From: Squatina squatina
Taxonomy: Eukaryota
Assembly: GCA_031763465.1 (NCBI GenBank)
Contig: JARFOE010000004.1
Location: 5,886,592 to 5,919,883 of the forward strand
Length of the DNA: 33,292 nt
Reading direction: 5' to 3'
Position numbers and translations under genes: made by a program. The notes below the pieces were generated by a model. The model had not been told where the DNA came from and did no database searches. It saw nothing but the letters and a program-made list of their open reading frames with translations. Of this stretch, positions 1 through 11,670 are shown one piece after another. Each line of letters opens with the position of its first letter. Position 1 is the stretch's first letter.

Positions 1-23
1 GATAGTTGTACTCTCTCGGTTCT

Positions 24-120
24 GGTATCATCCTTGTAAATCATTTTTGCATTTTTTTCCCAGTCCTTCAATATCCTTTTTGTAATATGGAGACCAGAAC
101 TGTGCATAATACTCAAAGTA
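24..120 (-). mobile_element. Decayed CR1-type LINE ORF2 fragment
   Basis: ggagaccagaactgtgcataatactcaaagt aligns with ggagaccaaaactgtacacaatactccaagt in the CR1 copy at about 32969-32999. Confidence 0.7.
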
Positions 121-1149
121 CTGAAGTCAGATTTTTTTTTTAGTACTTTTGATAATACATGATCTGCAACAATGGGGTTAATTCTAATGCATTTACATTA
201 AGGTGCTAAATATCTGAGATCCATCAAAGGATNNNNNNNNNNTAAAAGTTTCCTGTAGGAATATAAAGATGTATCATTGTAGAAAAGCAAAAGCATTGCT
301 CATTGGCCCAAGCTAACCACATGATACGATCGAGTCATGTGGTCACCATGGATCAATCAGACTTTAATATTCAATTGCACAAAAATAAGTAAGGAAGCTG
401 TGCTTAATTTAGATCCAATACATTTAAATACTGCATTTCTAATGGCTTTCTCTCCACCTGTATCTGTTGTGCTCTGCCCCGACAGTCTTTCTTGCCTTCT
501 ATTTTCGCTCTTGGGCTCTTTAAAAATTCTGAATATTGATTTTGCCCTGCCTACCTCCTCCAGCAACTTGTTCACACCACCGACAGCTCCCAGCCTCTAC
601 ATCATCTGCCTACAGCTCCCAAGGAACTTATTGCCTTTCCGAGCATCTTTCTCACCATCTGTTTTCCTTCTCAGACTTCTGCCTCAAACTACACCCACTT
701 CATTTTTTTTCTCCTCTTTAGCATAACTTCAATTTTATTTTCTCTCCTCCAACACCCACTCAAGTATATTATTGCTCACCACCAATTCCCCTGGGGTCCT
801 TATTTTTTCTTGCTGCCAGTTCAATTGTCAAAACATAGCTGACTGTAAATGTGGAATAATTCATTAACTGTTATATTTTACTAAATTGTGTACCATGTCT
901 CTGAATATAATTTGAGTCTGCCGAACCAGACATGACAGGACACAGTGGTTATCTCTGCACAGGGAGCCATGCCAACTGAGGTTCCTTCTTCTGTGGAGGA
1001 TTCACCGCTGCTCCTGGTCTCGGTGCGGACCCGCTCTCTTTATAGCCTTTCCTATCACTGCTTCATGACAGCTTTGGCCATAACTCCCCTTTATTACACT
1101 TTGAGCAGATGGCACTCTTTTGCTGAAGTGACACGCTGGGATCTTTTTT

Positions 1150-1310
1150 TAAAAATTCGGTCATGGGATGGGGCGTCGCAGGCAAGCCCAGCATTTACTG
1201 CCTATCCCTAATTGCCCTTGAGAAGATGGTGGTGAGCGCCGCCTTGAATCATTGCAGTCTGTGTAGTGAAGATACTCCCACAGTGCTGTTAGGGAGGGAG
1301 TTCCAGGATT
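1150..1310 (-). mobile_element. 3' end of a CR1/L2-clade LINE (ORF2 C-terminus and 3' tail)
   Basis: The minus strand reads KSWNSLPNSTVGV, the WNSLP motif typical of the CR1/L2 ORF2 C-terminus. It is followed by the tail ...gacgccccatcccatgaccgaattttt, which recurs on the + strand at 20910-20945. Confidence 0.7.
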
Positions 1311-1324
1311 TATTATTATTGTTT

Positions 1325-1538
1325 CTCGTACGGTTTGGTACAACTGAGTGGCTTGCGAGGCCATTTCAGAGGGAAGTTAAGAGTCAACCACGTTGCTGTG
1401 GGGTCTGGAATCACATGTGGGCCAGGTCAGGTAAAAATGGCAGATTTCCTTCCCTAAAGGACATTAGTGAACTAGGTGTTTTTTTACAACAATCCGACAG
1501 TTTCATGGTTACCATTACTGATACTAGCTTTTTATTCA
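1325..1538 (-). mobile_element. SINE body (elasmobranch-type), directly upstream of the LINE tail on the minus strand
   Basis: The reverse complement contains cggattgttgtaaaaaaacacctagttcactaatgtcctttagggaaggaaatctgcc, which recurs diverged at 20320-20372 (+). It resembles a common shark SINE recalled from memory. Confidence 0.65.
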
Positions 1539-1544
1539 TCTGGT

Positions 1545-1710
1545 CACTTCCTATTTTCTGCAGCTGACTAATATCTGAGCTGTCTCTTCTAGTTCACCTG
1601 CCCCTCTTAGTGCAGTATCATCTGCAGATTTGACCAGTTTGAATTGGGCTTCTTACTGCAAGTTATTGACATACAAGAGCAACAGTTATGGTCCCAATAT
1701 CATTTTCTGG
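1545..1710 (-). mobile_element. Old CR1 reverse transcriptase fragment with in-frame stops
   Basis: Minus-strand translation ILGP*LLLLYVNNL..EAQFKLVKSADDTALRGAG matches the CR1 RT pattern VLGPLLF.IYINDL...KFADDTKLGG. Confidence 0.75.
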
Positions 1711-1810
1711 NNNNNNNNNNNNNNNNNNNNNNNNNNNNNNNNNNNNNNNNNNNNNNNNNNNNNNNNNNNNNNNNNNNNNNNNNNNNNNNNNNNNNNNNNN
1801 NNNNNNNNNN

Positions 1811-1885
1811 GATCATATTGAATGGCGGTGCAAGCTCGAAGGGCCTAATGGCCTACTCCTGCACCTATTTTCTATGTTTCTATGT
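1811..1885 (+). mobile_element. CR1-type LINE 3' UTR with (ttctatgt)n tail
   Basis: gatcatattgaatggcggtgcaagctcgaagggcctaatggcctactcctgcacctattttctatgtttctatg is a close (not exact) reverse-complement match to the ends at 21597-21680 and 32468-32540. Confidence 0.85.
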
Positions 1886-2126
1886 AACTACACTATAAGA
1901 GCGGCTTCAGAGACAGTTAAGACATTTGAAAACATTCATGACCTGTGCTGCTGGAGCAGATTCCAAAGAAGGTAGGATGTGAATGAAATGCGCAAGCCTG
2001 TTTGTTTTGTACGCTCCTTACTGTTGGTGAAACCCTTCACTTAATTAATTTTGAGCTCCCAGCACATAGCTCTTCCTGGGGCTACATTAATAATTGCAGC
2101 GGTGGAAAGTGATTTGCGCTTTGACC

Positions 2127-2146
2127 ACCAGCTCCCCCTAGAGGCA
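2127..2146 (-). promoter_or_regulatory. Candidate CTCF site
   Basis: Minus strand tgCCTCTAGGGGGAGCtggt is a close match to the CTCF core CCASYAGRKGGCRS. Motif match only. Confidence 0.5.
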
Positions 2147-3385
2147 GGCTGTCATCCCTGAATGTTGTCAGAAGTAGATTCAAGACTTCTGTTTAGTGAA
2201 CTGATTATTGGCTAACAGTTACCCTTGTGTTTGCACTGCCGAGTTCTACGTAGCCTGAGGCTAGAGTAAAGCAATATTTTCTGCTGTATGATGAAACCAC
2301 TCAAAAATACTTTATGTTCATCGTACTGCAAACATAACCTTTAGTCGTTTTAGTGCCCAAAGCTGAAAACACCATCAGTTACTCTCGTTATTCTTGGAGC
2401 AATATCTTGGGAGACAGATAGCTGGAGAATATGTTTGTATGACATGCTGATTTGTGCTTGCATATAGACCCATATTTGTAAGATGTTCAAATTTATTTTT
2501 ATTATAACTTTATGGAGTGATGCTGATCAAATCAGGACGTTCCAGTAATGCGATTTTGAATGCAAATGCAAGCAGGACTGCTGCATTATATCAATCTTCT
2601 GTTCGGTCCTCCTGAAGGGAAAACAGAAATGAATCATTATTGTATGTGATGCAATTCGGCTGCGTGGAGAAATGAAGATCCTCCTTTTGTCAGAGCAACT
2701 TATTTTCACTTACTCTTGTGGATAAGGGTGAATTGGATATGGGCTATGCACTGTTACTGTGTTCAAGTGTGATGCTGCAAGAAACAATCATGGCCTATTT
2801 TGCCACTGACCGATAACTTGTGTCACTTAAATCACAATGACTGTCAGAGCCGGGCTTAAGTTATTAAAGCCCCCCAGCCAATTTAGTTATTTGTTGCCCC
2901 TAGCCACTCTGACATATGTGTTATCTTACCCCTACGGATTAAAAAAAAAGATATTCTTAAGGTACAGCCGCTCCTGCCACACTGTTAAGGAGTTTTAGGT
3001 TCATTTTATTTTTTGAAAAAAATATCATTGAGAAATGCTCTTATCTTTGGGGAACATGCTAAATGTTAAGTGACATCACAGGGGAAAGACGACTGAGAGG
3101 AGGGAAAATAATCTTTATGCATTTCAATTCTCCACAATGCCCCTAATCTGGATAGTTTTTGGAATGTCTAAAAAGGAGGAGCCCAACCACAGTTAAGAGA
3201 ATGATGACGATTTTCCACATACTGTAAATACAGCGATGTTTTTCTGCACTGTCGTTGTCGGAGGGGTTTGGTTGGGCTTTGACCATTTAAAAGATCTTCC
3301 TGTAAATGCGAATGGACCAATGGATTGTGGTAATATTGCAATTCCCAGTTTCTGCCAATAGGTGTCAGTGATGACAGGACTTAGT

Positions 3386-3418
3386 GGCAACATCTAGTGG
3401 TGCCCACTGATCACTGCA
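3386..3418 (-). promoter_or_regulatory. Candidate CTCF site with upstream TGCAG module
   Basis: Minus strand TGCAG-tgatcagtgggca-CCACTAGATGTTGCC. The core has two mismatches, and the TGCAG module lies 13 nt before CCAC, consistent with the ZF9-11 upstream motif spacing. Confidence 0.45.
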
Positions 3419-5083
3419 AAATTGCAGGCTGTGTCACTTTATGCTGACCTTTGCACGAACATTAGCGAGAAGCGGAAAACATACCCCTGCGTGCATCGAC
3501 AGATTTTAGAAAGGCATATTTTGACTCTGTTGAGGCATATAAACAATTGAACAACTTCAAAGGGAATAGTGACGGGTAATATATCTGTGTCATGAGCAAG
3601 ACAGTAAACCAACCCATGTTTGCTACAATGTGGCATAATGACAACACACATGTGAAATGTTTCAAGTGTTATGATTTCCCTTGTTACATTCACAATTGTT
3701 GCTGACATTTAGTAGAACCTATCCTGGGTACAAGTATTATATAGACTCTTCACTGAATTTTAATAACTGTTCTAGTTTGTCTTCCTCTCCCCCTTTCCAA
3801 TCCCATTTTAGTTTCCCAGGTTTCTGTCAGACTCCTTTGCAACCAGTTTCGAGGAGGTGTGCAATAATATCCTCATGCAATTTGTACTATAATTTTTCCA
3901 TTGTCCATTTGAAGCCTTCTAAAAAGTTTTCTCCAAGAAGGTGTGTGCAAGGAATCACTGTTATGAATCCAATTGCTTCCAGCAGGCTAGTGAAATAGCT
4001 GCCAGAGAGCATCATAATTATGACAAAAATATAGAAATAGGGTTATGCACATTAAAAATAACTGTGCCACAATTTAATAAAATGTAAACTCTGTGCAGGT
4101 TGCAGATTCTGCAAATTCAGGCATTGTGTAGTCTGGTCATCATGCCTTCTGGCAATGAAATGAATCCTGTTTGGCTGACATTTACAAGAGTGCATGCAAT
4201 TACATATACCACACAAACAGGCCATTCGGCCNNNNNNNNNNNNNNNNNNNNNNNNNNNNNNNNNNNNNNNNNNNNNNNNNNNNNNNNNNNNNNNNNNNNN
4301 NNNNNNNNNNNNNNNNNNNNNNNNNNNNNNNGTTTAGCTGAGGCATGATCGTGAAATCTTGTTAGCCATAAATGACATCTCTGTTGAATCTGTCCTACAG
4401 CATAATATATGGGGAGCAATTTGTAGCAGTAATGATATGACTGCAGCAGTAATGATGAGATTTCAGTTAATGCAGTAAAATGTGCAGAGGCTAATTTGTA
4501 ACAGTAATGACACTGCTATAGTGAATTGGTAGGTCATTTTTAAACTACTGTATGTATATTTATTAGCTTCTGCAGTAAATGTGAAGTCATCTGCACCTCT
4601 CAGCTCCCACAGTAGAACCTGCTGGTTCGCACACGGCTTAAGTTAATGCATGCTTGTGCCTTTGTTGTTGAGTTCCTTCATGTTATTTGTGACATTCTTC
4701 TAACTCTACATGTTCAACATACACAGCCACCTGAACTTGTCTCCTAAAGGGCAATTTTCAAATTGCTAATGGCTTCTGTAAGTTTCAGAAGTGACTGAGT
4801 TACAACAGTTTGTTTTCAAAATGCCAACTATGGAGATGATCTTCAGGTAGCAGCAGTTATCAAAGGCAAGAGATTACATGATCAATGGGAAAAAGCAATA
4901 ATTCTCACGCCAACCTAGTACTGAAGATATATGTTTAGCATCTGTGTATGTGTACATGCCTGTGTGAGTAGCTGGGTGTCTGAAACATAAGAGGATTTCA
5001 TTGACAGCATTAGGTGGAACCATTGAGTTTCTTATGTAATTTTGTGCCAATAATTATTTGATTCTTAATATTGAGCTGCAATC

Positions 5084-5217
5084 TCTCCAACCCCCCATGA
5101 TCTTCCCCCTCTGCAATCTCTCCCCCTGTGATCTCTCCACCCCCTGCCCGCATGATCTCTCTCCCTGTGATCCCTCCACCCCCTGCGATCTCTCTCCCTG
5201 TGGTCTCTCCACCCACC
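5084..5217. repeat. C-rich degenerate minisatellite, unit about ccctg(c/t)gatctctc(t)cc, 16-24 bp, cut off by a gap
   Basis: gatctctc or gatccctc cores recur every 16-25 nt. This produces the repetitive false ORFs (GGEITGREIA). Confidence 0.8.
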
Positions 5218-5336
5218 NNNNNNNNNNNNNNNNNNNNNNNNNNNNNNNNNNNNNNNNNNNNNNNNNNNNNNNNNNNNNNNNNNNNNNNNNNNNNNNNNNN
5301 NNNNNNNNNNNNNNNNNATATTCATTTACAAAAGCT

Positions 5337-5485
5337 TACTGTGGATGCTGGAAATCTGAAATAGAAACAGAAAATGCTGGAAATAGTCAGCAGATCAGGC
5401 AGCTTCTGTGGAGAGAGATACAGAGTTAACGTTTCAGGTCGATGGCCCTTCGTCAGAATTTTCAGCATTTTCTGTTTTTATTCCA
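5337..5485. mobile_element. Penelope-like (pLTR-type) inverted terminal remnant
   Basis: Arms 5357-5384 (tgaaatagaaacagaaaatgctggaaat) and 5458-5485 are inverted and match at 25 of 28 positions. They enclose a hammerhead core. Related remnants lie at 25250-25433, 26405-26434 and 19582-19626. Confidence 0.7.
5424..5460 (-). ncRNA. Minimal type I hammerhead ribozyme core (Penelope-associated), helix I damaged
   Basis: Minus-strand RNA is AAUU-CUGACGA-AGGGCCAUCGACCU-GAAA-CGUU-AACU. It has the CUGANGA box, helix II closed by AGG/CCU, the GAAA box, a palindromic ACGU helix III and an NUH triplet GUU. Confidence 0.6.
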
Positions 5486-8068
5486 ATATTTATTCATTGG
5501 TTTAGTGAGACTGTGATCTTTTCTTGCCATGTTGAGTTTGATATCTCCTTTCGAAGTGTGAACCGTGATTGAGGGTCAGTTGTTGTTTTGCTGGCTTCAC
5601 GATTTCTGTGTGCCAGTGAGCAGTAAGCTATAGAATTGAAACAGGAATTACTCTGGGATTCATCAATAATCCTGACAGTATGGCCTTTGTCCCTGAAGCT
5701 ATACATGAAGTATTGCTCATTTGCTTTCAGAGGAGACATGCAGTATAGAGACTTCACGGTGGAGAGAGAATAAATGTGATTGTAATTAACTTTACGGAAT
5801 TTCAGCACTGTGTAATTTTTACCAGTAGCGGCATACATCACAATGCCACTGAGAAGCACAGCAGATGTGACAAAGTGGTAGCAGTGCAGCATTTATGCTC
5901 CTTCCTGCTAAGCAATTACATATTATTTTGTGAGAAGTGAAGTGGCTCCAAGAAGCATGCATGGCAAAGCAAAGCAATCAGAACCAAAGAATTCGCTCGA
6001 AGGGCTTATAGCTTCCCTTGTTTGACAATGGAGTTTTGTGGCAATTTTTGAAGAGTAAGGGGTACAAGATGAGGTTAATTCAACATTGCGCAACTCCCAT
6101 TCTTTAGCAGTTGCATTGCAACTGTCTTGCTGTGCAGATTTGTATTAAGATTAGTCGTCTAAGCATGTTGGCATTTTGTTGAAGTTGTTACTAGATTAGT
6201 TTCTNNNNNNNNNNNNNNNNNNNNNNNNNNNNNNNNNNNNNNNNNNNNNNNNNNNNNNNNNNNNNNNNNNNNNNNNNNNNNNNNNNNNNNNNNNNNNNNN
6301 NNNNNNNNNNNNNNNNNNNNNNNNNNNNNNNNNNNNNNNNNNNNNNNNNNNNNNNNNNNNNNNNNNNNNNNNNNNNNNNNNNNNNNNNNCATGATTTTTT
6401 TCATAATATCTTACAGCAAAGTGCTTGTATTTTATGGTCTTCTAATGTGGGCCTGATGGCTCCACTGGGAGCTTTGTGAACGTAAGAAATATAAATTTAA
6501 AGGTCACTTGGGCACTTTGCTTGATCAATAAAGGCACCACATTATTATTAATGAATACCAAATATTGTGTATGCTTTTACAGTTTATATCTGGTCACAGC
6601 ACACCTTTTTAAAAAGCAGCTATTTGGAATTAGTCTGGCTTGACATTTCACAAAGAAATGTTTTATAGATCACAACAGTGTTATTGCCTTACTACTTTTT
6701 TTAGTGCAAGAATATTGTTGTATACAAGTTTCAAAGAAATGATTTAAGAGCCTCTGTTAATTAGAAAACTACTCTTGAAAATTCAGCCTCTTCAAAACAT
6801 TCAGTGCTAACTGTTAGTGGTGTTTTCTATATTTCAGTTTTTCCCTAAATATATTAGAAAAAAGAAATGTCCTTGATGAAATGCGTGTCAAATATGTAAA
6901 ATATGTTTTACTCTGTGCAAGAGTTAAGGTACTGTTGTTATATTTGTGCTGAAGAAGCAATGGTTCTTCATTCCATAGTGTAACTTGGCTCGCTGAGGTA
7001 CTGATTCGATTACATTCTATTAGTTGCCATGAAGTGGAAAATTAAATGATGACTTCAAGAGATACGGAAACTGAAAGTGTTTATAAATGTGAAGAGAAAA
7101 AAAATGTCCTTTGTGTTCGAATTCATATAAATCTGGCTTGTTTGTTTTTAATCAGTGAACACAAGCTGAGATGAATATTTGGAAATATGACCTTCAGAGC
7201 TCTAGAGGAAGGTTTATCCATCAGAGAACAGAATTGGCCTTTTGAAATTTTGAGTTATGCAAAAACTAATTCTGCATGCCAAAAGCTACTATTGTCACCC
7301 GATGTGGATCCAGATTCTAAAATCAAAGTATGTTAACAAGACAAATGTCATTTACCAGGCGTTATTATATCAGGGTTAGAAACATTAATGACTGGTAAAG
7401 AAGCTCCCAATGTCCTACAAAAGGAGCACAACAGAGTTTGCAGCTGCCCACTCTCCAAACCCCCAGTTGTGCTGTTGGTGTGCCAGTGAATGGGGGCTGG
7501 AAAAGCTAACGATCATACTAAAACAGCACGATTGGTAACTATGGTTATAGCCCAGCTTAAGTCATGACAAGTCCATGTCTATTGTTTTTACTTCTGTCAT
7601 CACAAAACATTTATAAAAGTCCTGAAATTGAATGGAATAAAAAGGAATTTGATTTATTCAGTCACATGAGGGAAGGACATGTCTTTATTCAGGACTGTTG
7701 TCTGTTACATATATTGGATTTTCAGTTGGCAGCTTTTTGGGGCTTTTCCAGCTGTTTTGAAATTGTTCAGTCAGCCTTTGTAAATGTTGTAGGTTGGCAT
7801 GCATGTTTCATTCTACATTCGACAGTCTTTTAGAACTTAAGCTTCAATTCCTCATCTCTCACTCTCCAACTTTAGTGCTGTCATGCACAACGTGTGGTGA
7901 ATCTTGAGCTCAGTTTCTCAATTGAACAAGATTGTCTCTGATTTGAGTGNNNNNNNNNNNNNNNNNNNNNNNNNNNNNNNNNNNNNNNNNNNNNNNNNNN
8001 NNNNNNNNNNNNNNNNNNNNNNNNNNNNNNNNNNNNNNNNNNNNNNNNNGTTATTGTATGACATACCT

Positions 8069-8341
8069 TAGGTAGATGTAAAAGACCCCATGGCACTATT
8101 TCAAAGAAGAGCAGGGGAGATCTCCCTGGCCAACAACAAACATCATTAAAAAATGGATTATCTGGGTCATTATCACATTGTTGTTTGTGGGACCTTGCTA
8201 TATGCAAATTGGCTGCCAAATTTCTTGCATTGCTACAGTGACTAGACTTCAAAAGGTGCTTCATTGCCTGTAAAGTGCTTTGGGACATCCTGAGGTTGTG
8301 AAGTGCGCTATATAAATGCAAGCCTCGTTCGTTCTTTCTTT
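8069..8341 (+). mobile_element. Deu-domain SINE (SacSINE1/AmnSINE1-like), 3' half with L2-like tail
   Basis: gatgtaaaagaccccatggcactatttcaaagaagagcagggga...ggtcattatcacattgttgtttgtggga...gcgctatataaatgcaag followed by a ttc-rich tail matches the recalled Deu-domain consensus. Confidence 0.8.
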
Positions 8342-9597
8342 GTCTTAATCTCGAGGAGTTACATTCACAGAGCAACGGAGCTGGGAAATCCAGACAGTGG
8401 CCGAACCAGAGTGCTTCAAACAGTAGGACTTGGTTTAGCGATCCCAGGGAACACTTTTCACTGGGGTGACCTGTTCAATTGAGCCAAGCAGGGGCTTTTC
8501 TGCTGAGAACGCACTCTGGGCTGGGGAGGTGGCCAGTTTTATTGACGAATGGAGTGGTGAGCCCATGAGAGGAAAGAAATCAGAGGGAGAACCATCCGCT
8601 GTCATGCAGGTTTTAATACCTGACCGGACTACACTAGACGTGAGATAGTACTTGCGAGCCTGCGATTTGCACCCGTTCATTTTAATGAGTGGAAAATCAT
8701 GGGCCGGAGAGCATAGAAACAGAAAACCCAGGCCGTTAAGTGTTGAATCCATTAGTGCTCCTAGATCCCAACCTCACCATTATCTTTTCTACACTATTCT
8801 TGGAGTATGTAGATTGCTGTTTTTTATTCCAATGTGCATAACCGTACATTATTCACAGAACATACTCCCAGCTAATGTTTACTCTCTATATAATTGGAAT
8901 AGATAAAATTACTATAATTATACCACCCGGTATTAAAAGTATTCAGCCTTGTCTTATTATCCATAAAAAGTAATTGTTCGCTAATTAGAGATCCCATGGA
9001 CTACCCTTGATTTTATGTCAGGTAGCAGTAAACCTTGGGTCAGATAATGATCTTCTCATCACTGAGGGCTAGTGAGCTGGCTGGTCTTCACTATAAAGTA
9101 GCTTCAGTGGAGGCATTTAAGAAGCATGAATGGTCACTGGACCTATTGTTTGTGCTCCAAAGTAAATGAAATGGTCTGTGTGCTGTGGTCAGTGATCTCA
9201 GATGGTTGTGCGCCGAATGAATATATTCCATTCTCTCAGCAACTTCACAGATTAATTTGGACTCTGTTCTTTAGCCACCTGCTGTGTTGAATTGATTTTG
9301 AGTTTGAGAATGGGAATGTGAATCGAAGCAGCACGGACCTTAAGTAAATAGTGGAATGTGTGTAACTACATTGCCTTGGGATTTGGAACAAGATTCCATC
9401 TTAATCCTAGTGTTTGTAAATATTTCACAAGCCTCAATGTGCTTTCTCTTTGTCTGTTTAAACATGTACTCAATTCCCCTTGAGAACTGAGCAGAACNNN
9501 NNNNNNNNNNNNNNNNNNNNNNNNNNNNNNNNNNNNNNNNNNNNNNNNNNNNNNNNNNNNNNNNNNNNNNNNNNNNNNNNNNNNNNNNNNNNNNNNN

Positions 9598-9800
9598 GAA
9601 TAGGTCCTTCTTATCCATTCTAACTCGGCCTCTTATAATTTCATACACCTTAATTAGGTCTACCCTCAGCTTCCTCTGCTCCAAAGAAAACAGCCCCAGT
9701 TTATCCAATCTTTCCTCATAGCTAAAATTCTCCAGTCCAGGCAACATCCTGGTAAATCTTCTCTGTACCCTCCCTGGTGCAACCACATCCTTCCTGTAAT
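9598..9800 (-). mobile_element. CR1 LINE ORF2 C-terminal fragment
   Basis: RVQRRFTRMLPGLENFSYEERLDKLGLFSLEQRKLRVDLIKVYEII is the characteristic CR1 ORF2 C-terminal motif. Confidence 0.9.
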
Positions 9801-11379
9801 TTTGACAGATTTAGATCAAGTAAGATGCAAGGAGGACCAAAATGTAAGTCTACGTCTGTGCACCATCCAGCTGCCCCATTATCAATAACAAAGCTTATAT
9901 TTTTTTGCGTTCTGCATTAGGTTTTCCCTGCTCTTACTGTTGATAAACCTACTTTCTTTCCCTGCCCTCCAGCACAAGTAAGATCATAGCACTATGCTAA
10001 ATACAGTAGATTTCCAATTTTATCCAGAGGAGAGAAATGCTATAAAAAGAGATTGCAGGTATTGATCAAGAGGAAAGTAGCTCTCATTCAATTTGCAGTT
10101 GTTGCTAAGCTGTTGTCTTATGACACTCCATTGCCCTGTGGTGTCTATGTTTTGAACAAAATGCTGGGATTTTGAATTATCGAAGAGCACTCTTGTCACC
10201 GAACCTGTTACTTGACTGCTTTTGTTTTGATAGCTCATCTGTGATTAGTGATGGGTAGAACGAGCTACTATTCGGCCTTATTTCACTATACATCCTTAGG
10301 CACTTTATTATTTCTGGTACATAGCTGGACAGCATGGAACGAGCCTTCTTGTATGAAGGATAGCTGTTACTGAAACTGCTATTAGCTGTCACACTCACCA
10401 AATGTTATAATGAAGTGCCACAAGAGTTACTCAAGTGGAGATGATTTATACCACAGTGAGTGCGTCATTTATTAAGACCATCAAAACATTGATATTACAA
10501 TCCCTTTTTTGGCATTTATATTGGTGCAAATCTGGCATCTACTTTTAAATATAATGTTGCATATACATGCAGTTTACATTAACATGAAGGTTGCTNNNNN
10601 NNNNNNNNNNNNNNNNNNNNNNNNNNNNNNNNNNNNNNNNNNNNNNNNNNNNNNNNNNNNNNNNNNNNNNNNNNNNNNNNNNNNNNNNNNNNNNNGTCCA
10701 CCACAGATGAAGCCAATTACAATGTCCCTGATACAGCTCTTCCTGAGATATAATAATTCGACACAGAACTAGGGATCAAGCTTTTCTTATCTGGAAGCTT
10801 CCGTACCAAATCATAATTTAGTACTTGAAGTCACGAAGAAATATTAAAGCAAATAAGACGTGAGTTGCTGTCTTGACCATGTTTAGTCTGAGAATGTGAG
10901 TTTTCTTCCTCAGTTTGCAATTATCAGTGGTAGGCAGTGCTGTCGCAATCACATTCAAAGAGAAGTCGTTAACTTTCCGTATTGTGCCCAGCATAGTGTG
11001 ACATTGCAGCTTCAACTCCAGAGGTCCACAGAAGAAGGGAAAGACCAGCGCATCAGGGACTTATTGTGTAAGTGCCAGTTCAAATCCATAGTAATTATAG
11101 GCTCAAGACCTCCAGCAACTCCCTCCTAGGCTGCTCATAGCAATCTGACTACATTTGGCTAGAAACAGCCTGGTAGGATTTTTCCAGTATTTAGTCACAA
11201 GTACGAACATATGAATGCAGATAAATAATTATAACTCCAGGGTACATTTAATAGAATTCAGGGAATCCTGCATTGCAAACAATTACAATCTGGAGAAACT
11301 ATAACGTCAGCTGTACTGAAGTAGAGTGTGCTGCAATGGAAACAACAAACTAAGCCGCCACGGACCGAAGGGTCATGAG

Positions 11380-11670
11380 TAAGAGCTCGCCCACATTGCT
11401 GATAAGCTCGCCCGCATTGTCGGAAGCCCACCCATATCGTCGAAGGCCCGCCTGCGTCGAGAAGGCCCGCCCCGCATCGTCGAAAGCCTGCCCACGTCGT
11501 TAAAGCTGCCCACGTCGTCGAAAGCCCACCGCATCGTTAAACCCTGCTGCACTGCTAAAAAAGCCCGCCCGCATCGTCGAAAGTCCGCCCGCATCGTTAA
11601 AGCCTGCTGCATCACTGAAAAGCCTGCCAGAATCGGGGAGAAGATGAAACGATTTTGAAAAGCCCGCCAG
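11380..11670. repeat. CpG-rich minisatellite, unit about AAAGCCCGCCCGCATCGTCG (20 bp), with a roughly 60-bp higher-order period
   Basis: More than ten degenerate units are present. gcatcgttaaaccctgctgca at 11531 recurs as gcatcgttaaagcctgctgca at 11591. Confidence 0.85.

Noticed and set aside
337-726. 129-aa and opposite-strand 72-aa ORFs
   Set aside because: Low-complexity pyrimidine-rich sequence with no motif. It may be very old TE sequence but I cannot assign it.
2823-2913. 8-bp inverted repeat tgtcagag/ctctgaca suggesting a tiny hAT MITE
   Set aside because: The TIR is too short and no TSD is visible, so chance cannot be excluded.
4420-4512. Repeated cagtaatga units
   Set aside because: Short and degenerate, with no structure supporting a function.
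5494-5892. 132-aa minus-strand ORF with a hydrophobic N-terminus
   Set aside because: No recognisable family or splice structure, and the length is within chance expectation for a six-frame scan.
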